Assembly (NCBI GenBank): GCA_965213685.1
Contig: CBDBZY010000064.1
Span: 384,001-448,000 of the forward strand
Origin: a bacterium
GTDB lineage: Bacteria; UBA8248
Direction: 5' to 3'
DNA: 64,000 bases
Shown here one piece after another: positions 63,359 to 64,000 of the stretch (positions are counted from its first letter, which is position 1; each line of letters starts with the position of its first letter). The notes below the pieces were generated by a model. That model was not told where the DNA came from. It worked only from the letters and a program-made list of their open reading frames with translations, and ran no database searches. Position numbers and translations under genes: made by a program.

Positions 63359-64000
63359 ATTTAGGAGTTGTAATGGAGGTGGAACATTAGACATGTTTCC
63401 AGAAATTGTAGAAGAGATGTAGTTTTTCATGTTTTCATGTAAAGTTTGTAGGTTCTCTATATGTAGAAAACCAGAACCAGGTCTCTATCACAAATAGAGA
63501 CCTGTAATGGACCAATCAAATGCGCTGAAGTAATAACACTATACTCTAATGTAGATCATAATGTCACAGCCTATACACATGGGGTACATGGAGTCCTGCC
63601 ATACTACATTGTCATGCTCTCCTAACCTTATTAGGAGTCAACTCTTCATCATGAGAGTAGCCAAACGTACAGTGTTTTCACTGGCCTAAGTTTTAATATA
63701 AGCCCTAGACCAGTGTGCACAAACAACAGGGAATGTGGCTACAAGCCACGCAAAGCGTTCTTTGCCATGGTCCACATATAATCAACTGTAGGCCTAAGAC
63801 AACAACACCTCTTTTGCTTTTCTTCTGATGGTGCAGTTGAGTTGAGACAGGTGTGAGGCAAGGTCCTGTCACTGCATGGAAAGTTCTAGATTTTCTACTC
63901 ACACCACAAACTCTGATACGCCAGGATTATTATATCCAGTGAGTATAGTTGGAATGCAACAAATACACTGCTTCAATGCCAGGCCTCTTGTAGCTCGATC

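Overview
Eukaryotic, intron-containing, repeat-rich DNA that looks like an early-branching animal, most likely a demosponge (inferred from gene families and repeat types). Host genes: a 3-exon CABIT-like/coiled-coil/SAM adaptor (356-12597), an intronless kinase-coiled-coil-filamin-NHL fusion (15785-18151), a tandem array of five 5-exon WSCD-family sulfotransferases (23.5-55.9 kb; copy 2 is frameshifted) and the first two exons of a secreted or surface Ig-domain gene (61079-62296). Pseudogene pieces include a PARP2-like 3' end, an exportin-4-like exon and a RING gene inside a foldback element. Mobile DNA includes a full-length but disrupted Mag-like Ty3/Gypsy element with LTRs, PBS, PPT, TSD and an empty paralogous site; RTE-X-like, CRE-like and Penelope-like retroelement remnants; Ginger1, Kolobok, hAT, Tc1/pogo and CACTA-like non-autonomous elements; two kb-scale foldbacks; and three small rolling-circle (Helitron/Helentron-like) elements. 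The most striking observation is a ~206-bp TC...CTAG Helitron-like insertion in intron 1 of sulfotransferase copy 2 that carries a complete type III hammerhead ribozyme fold (34180-34263). All calls come from reading the sequence by eye; no searches were run.
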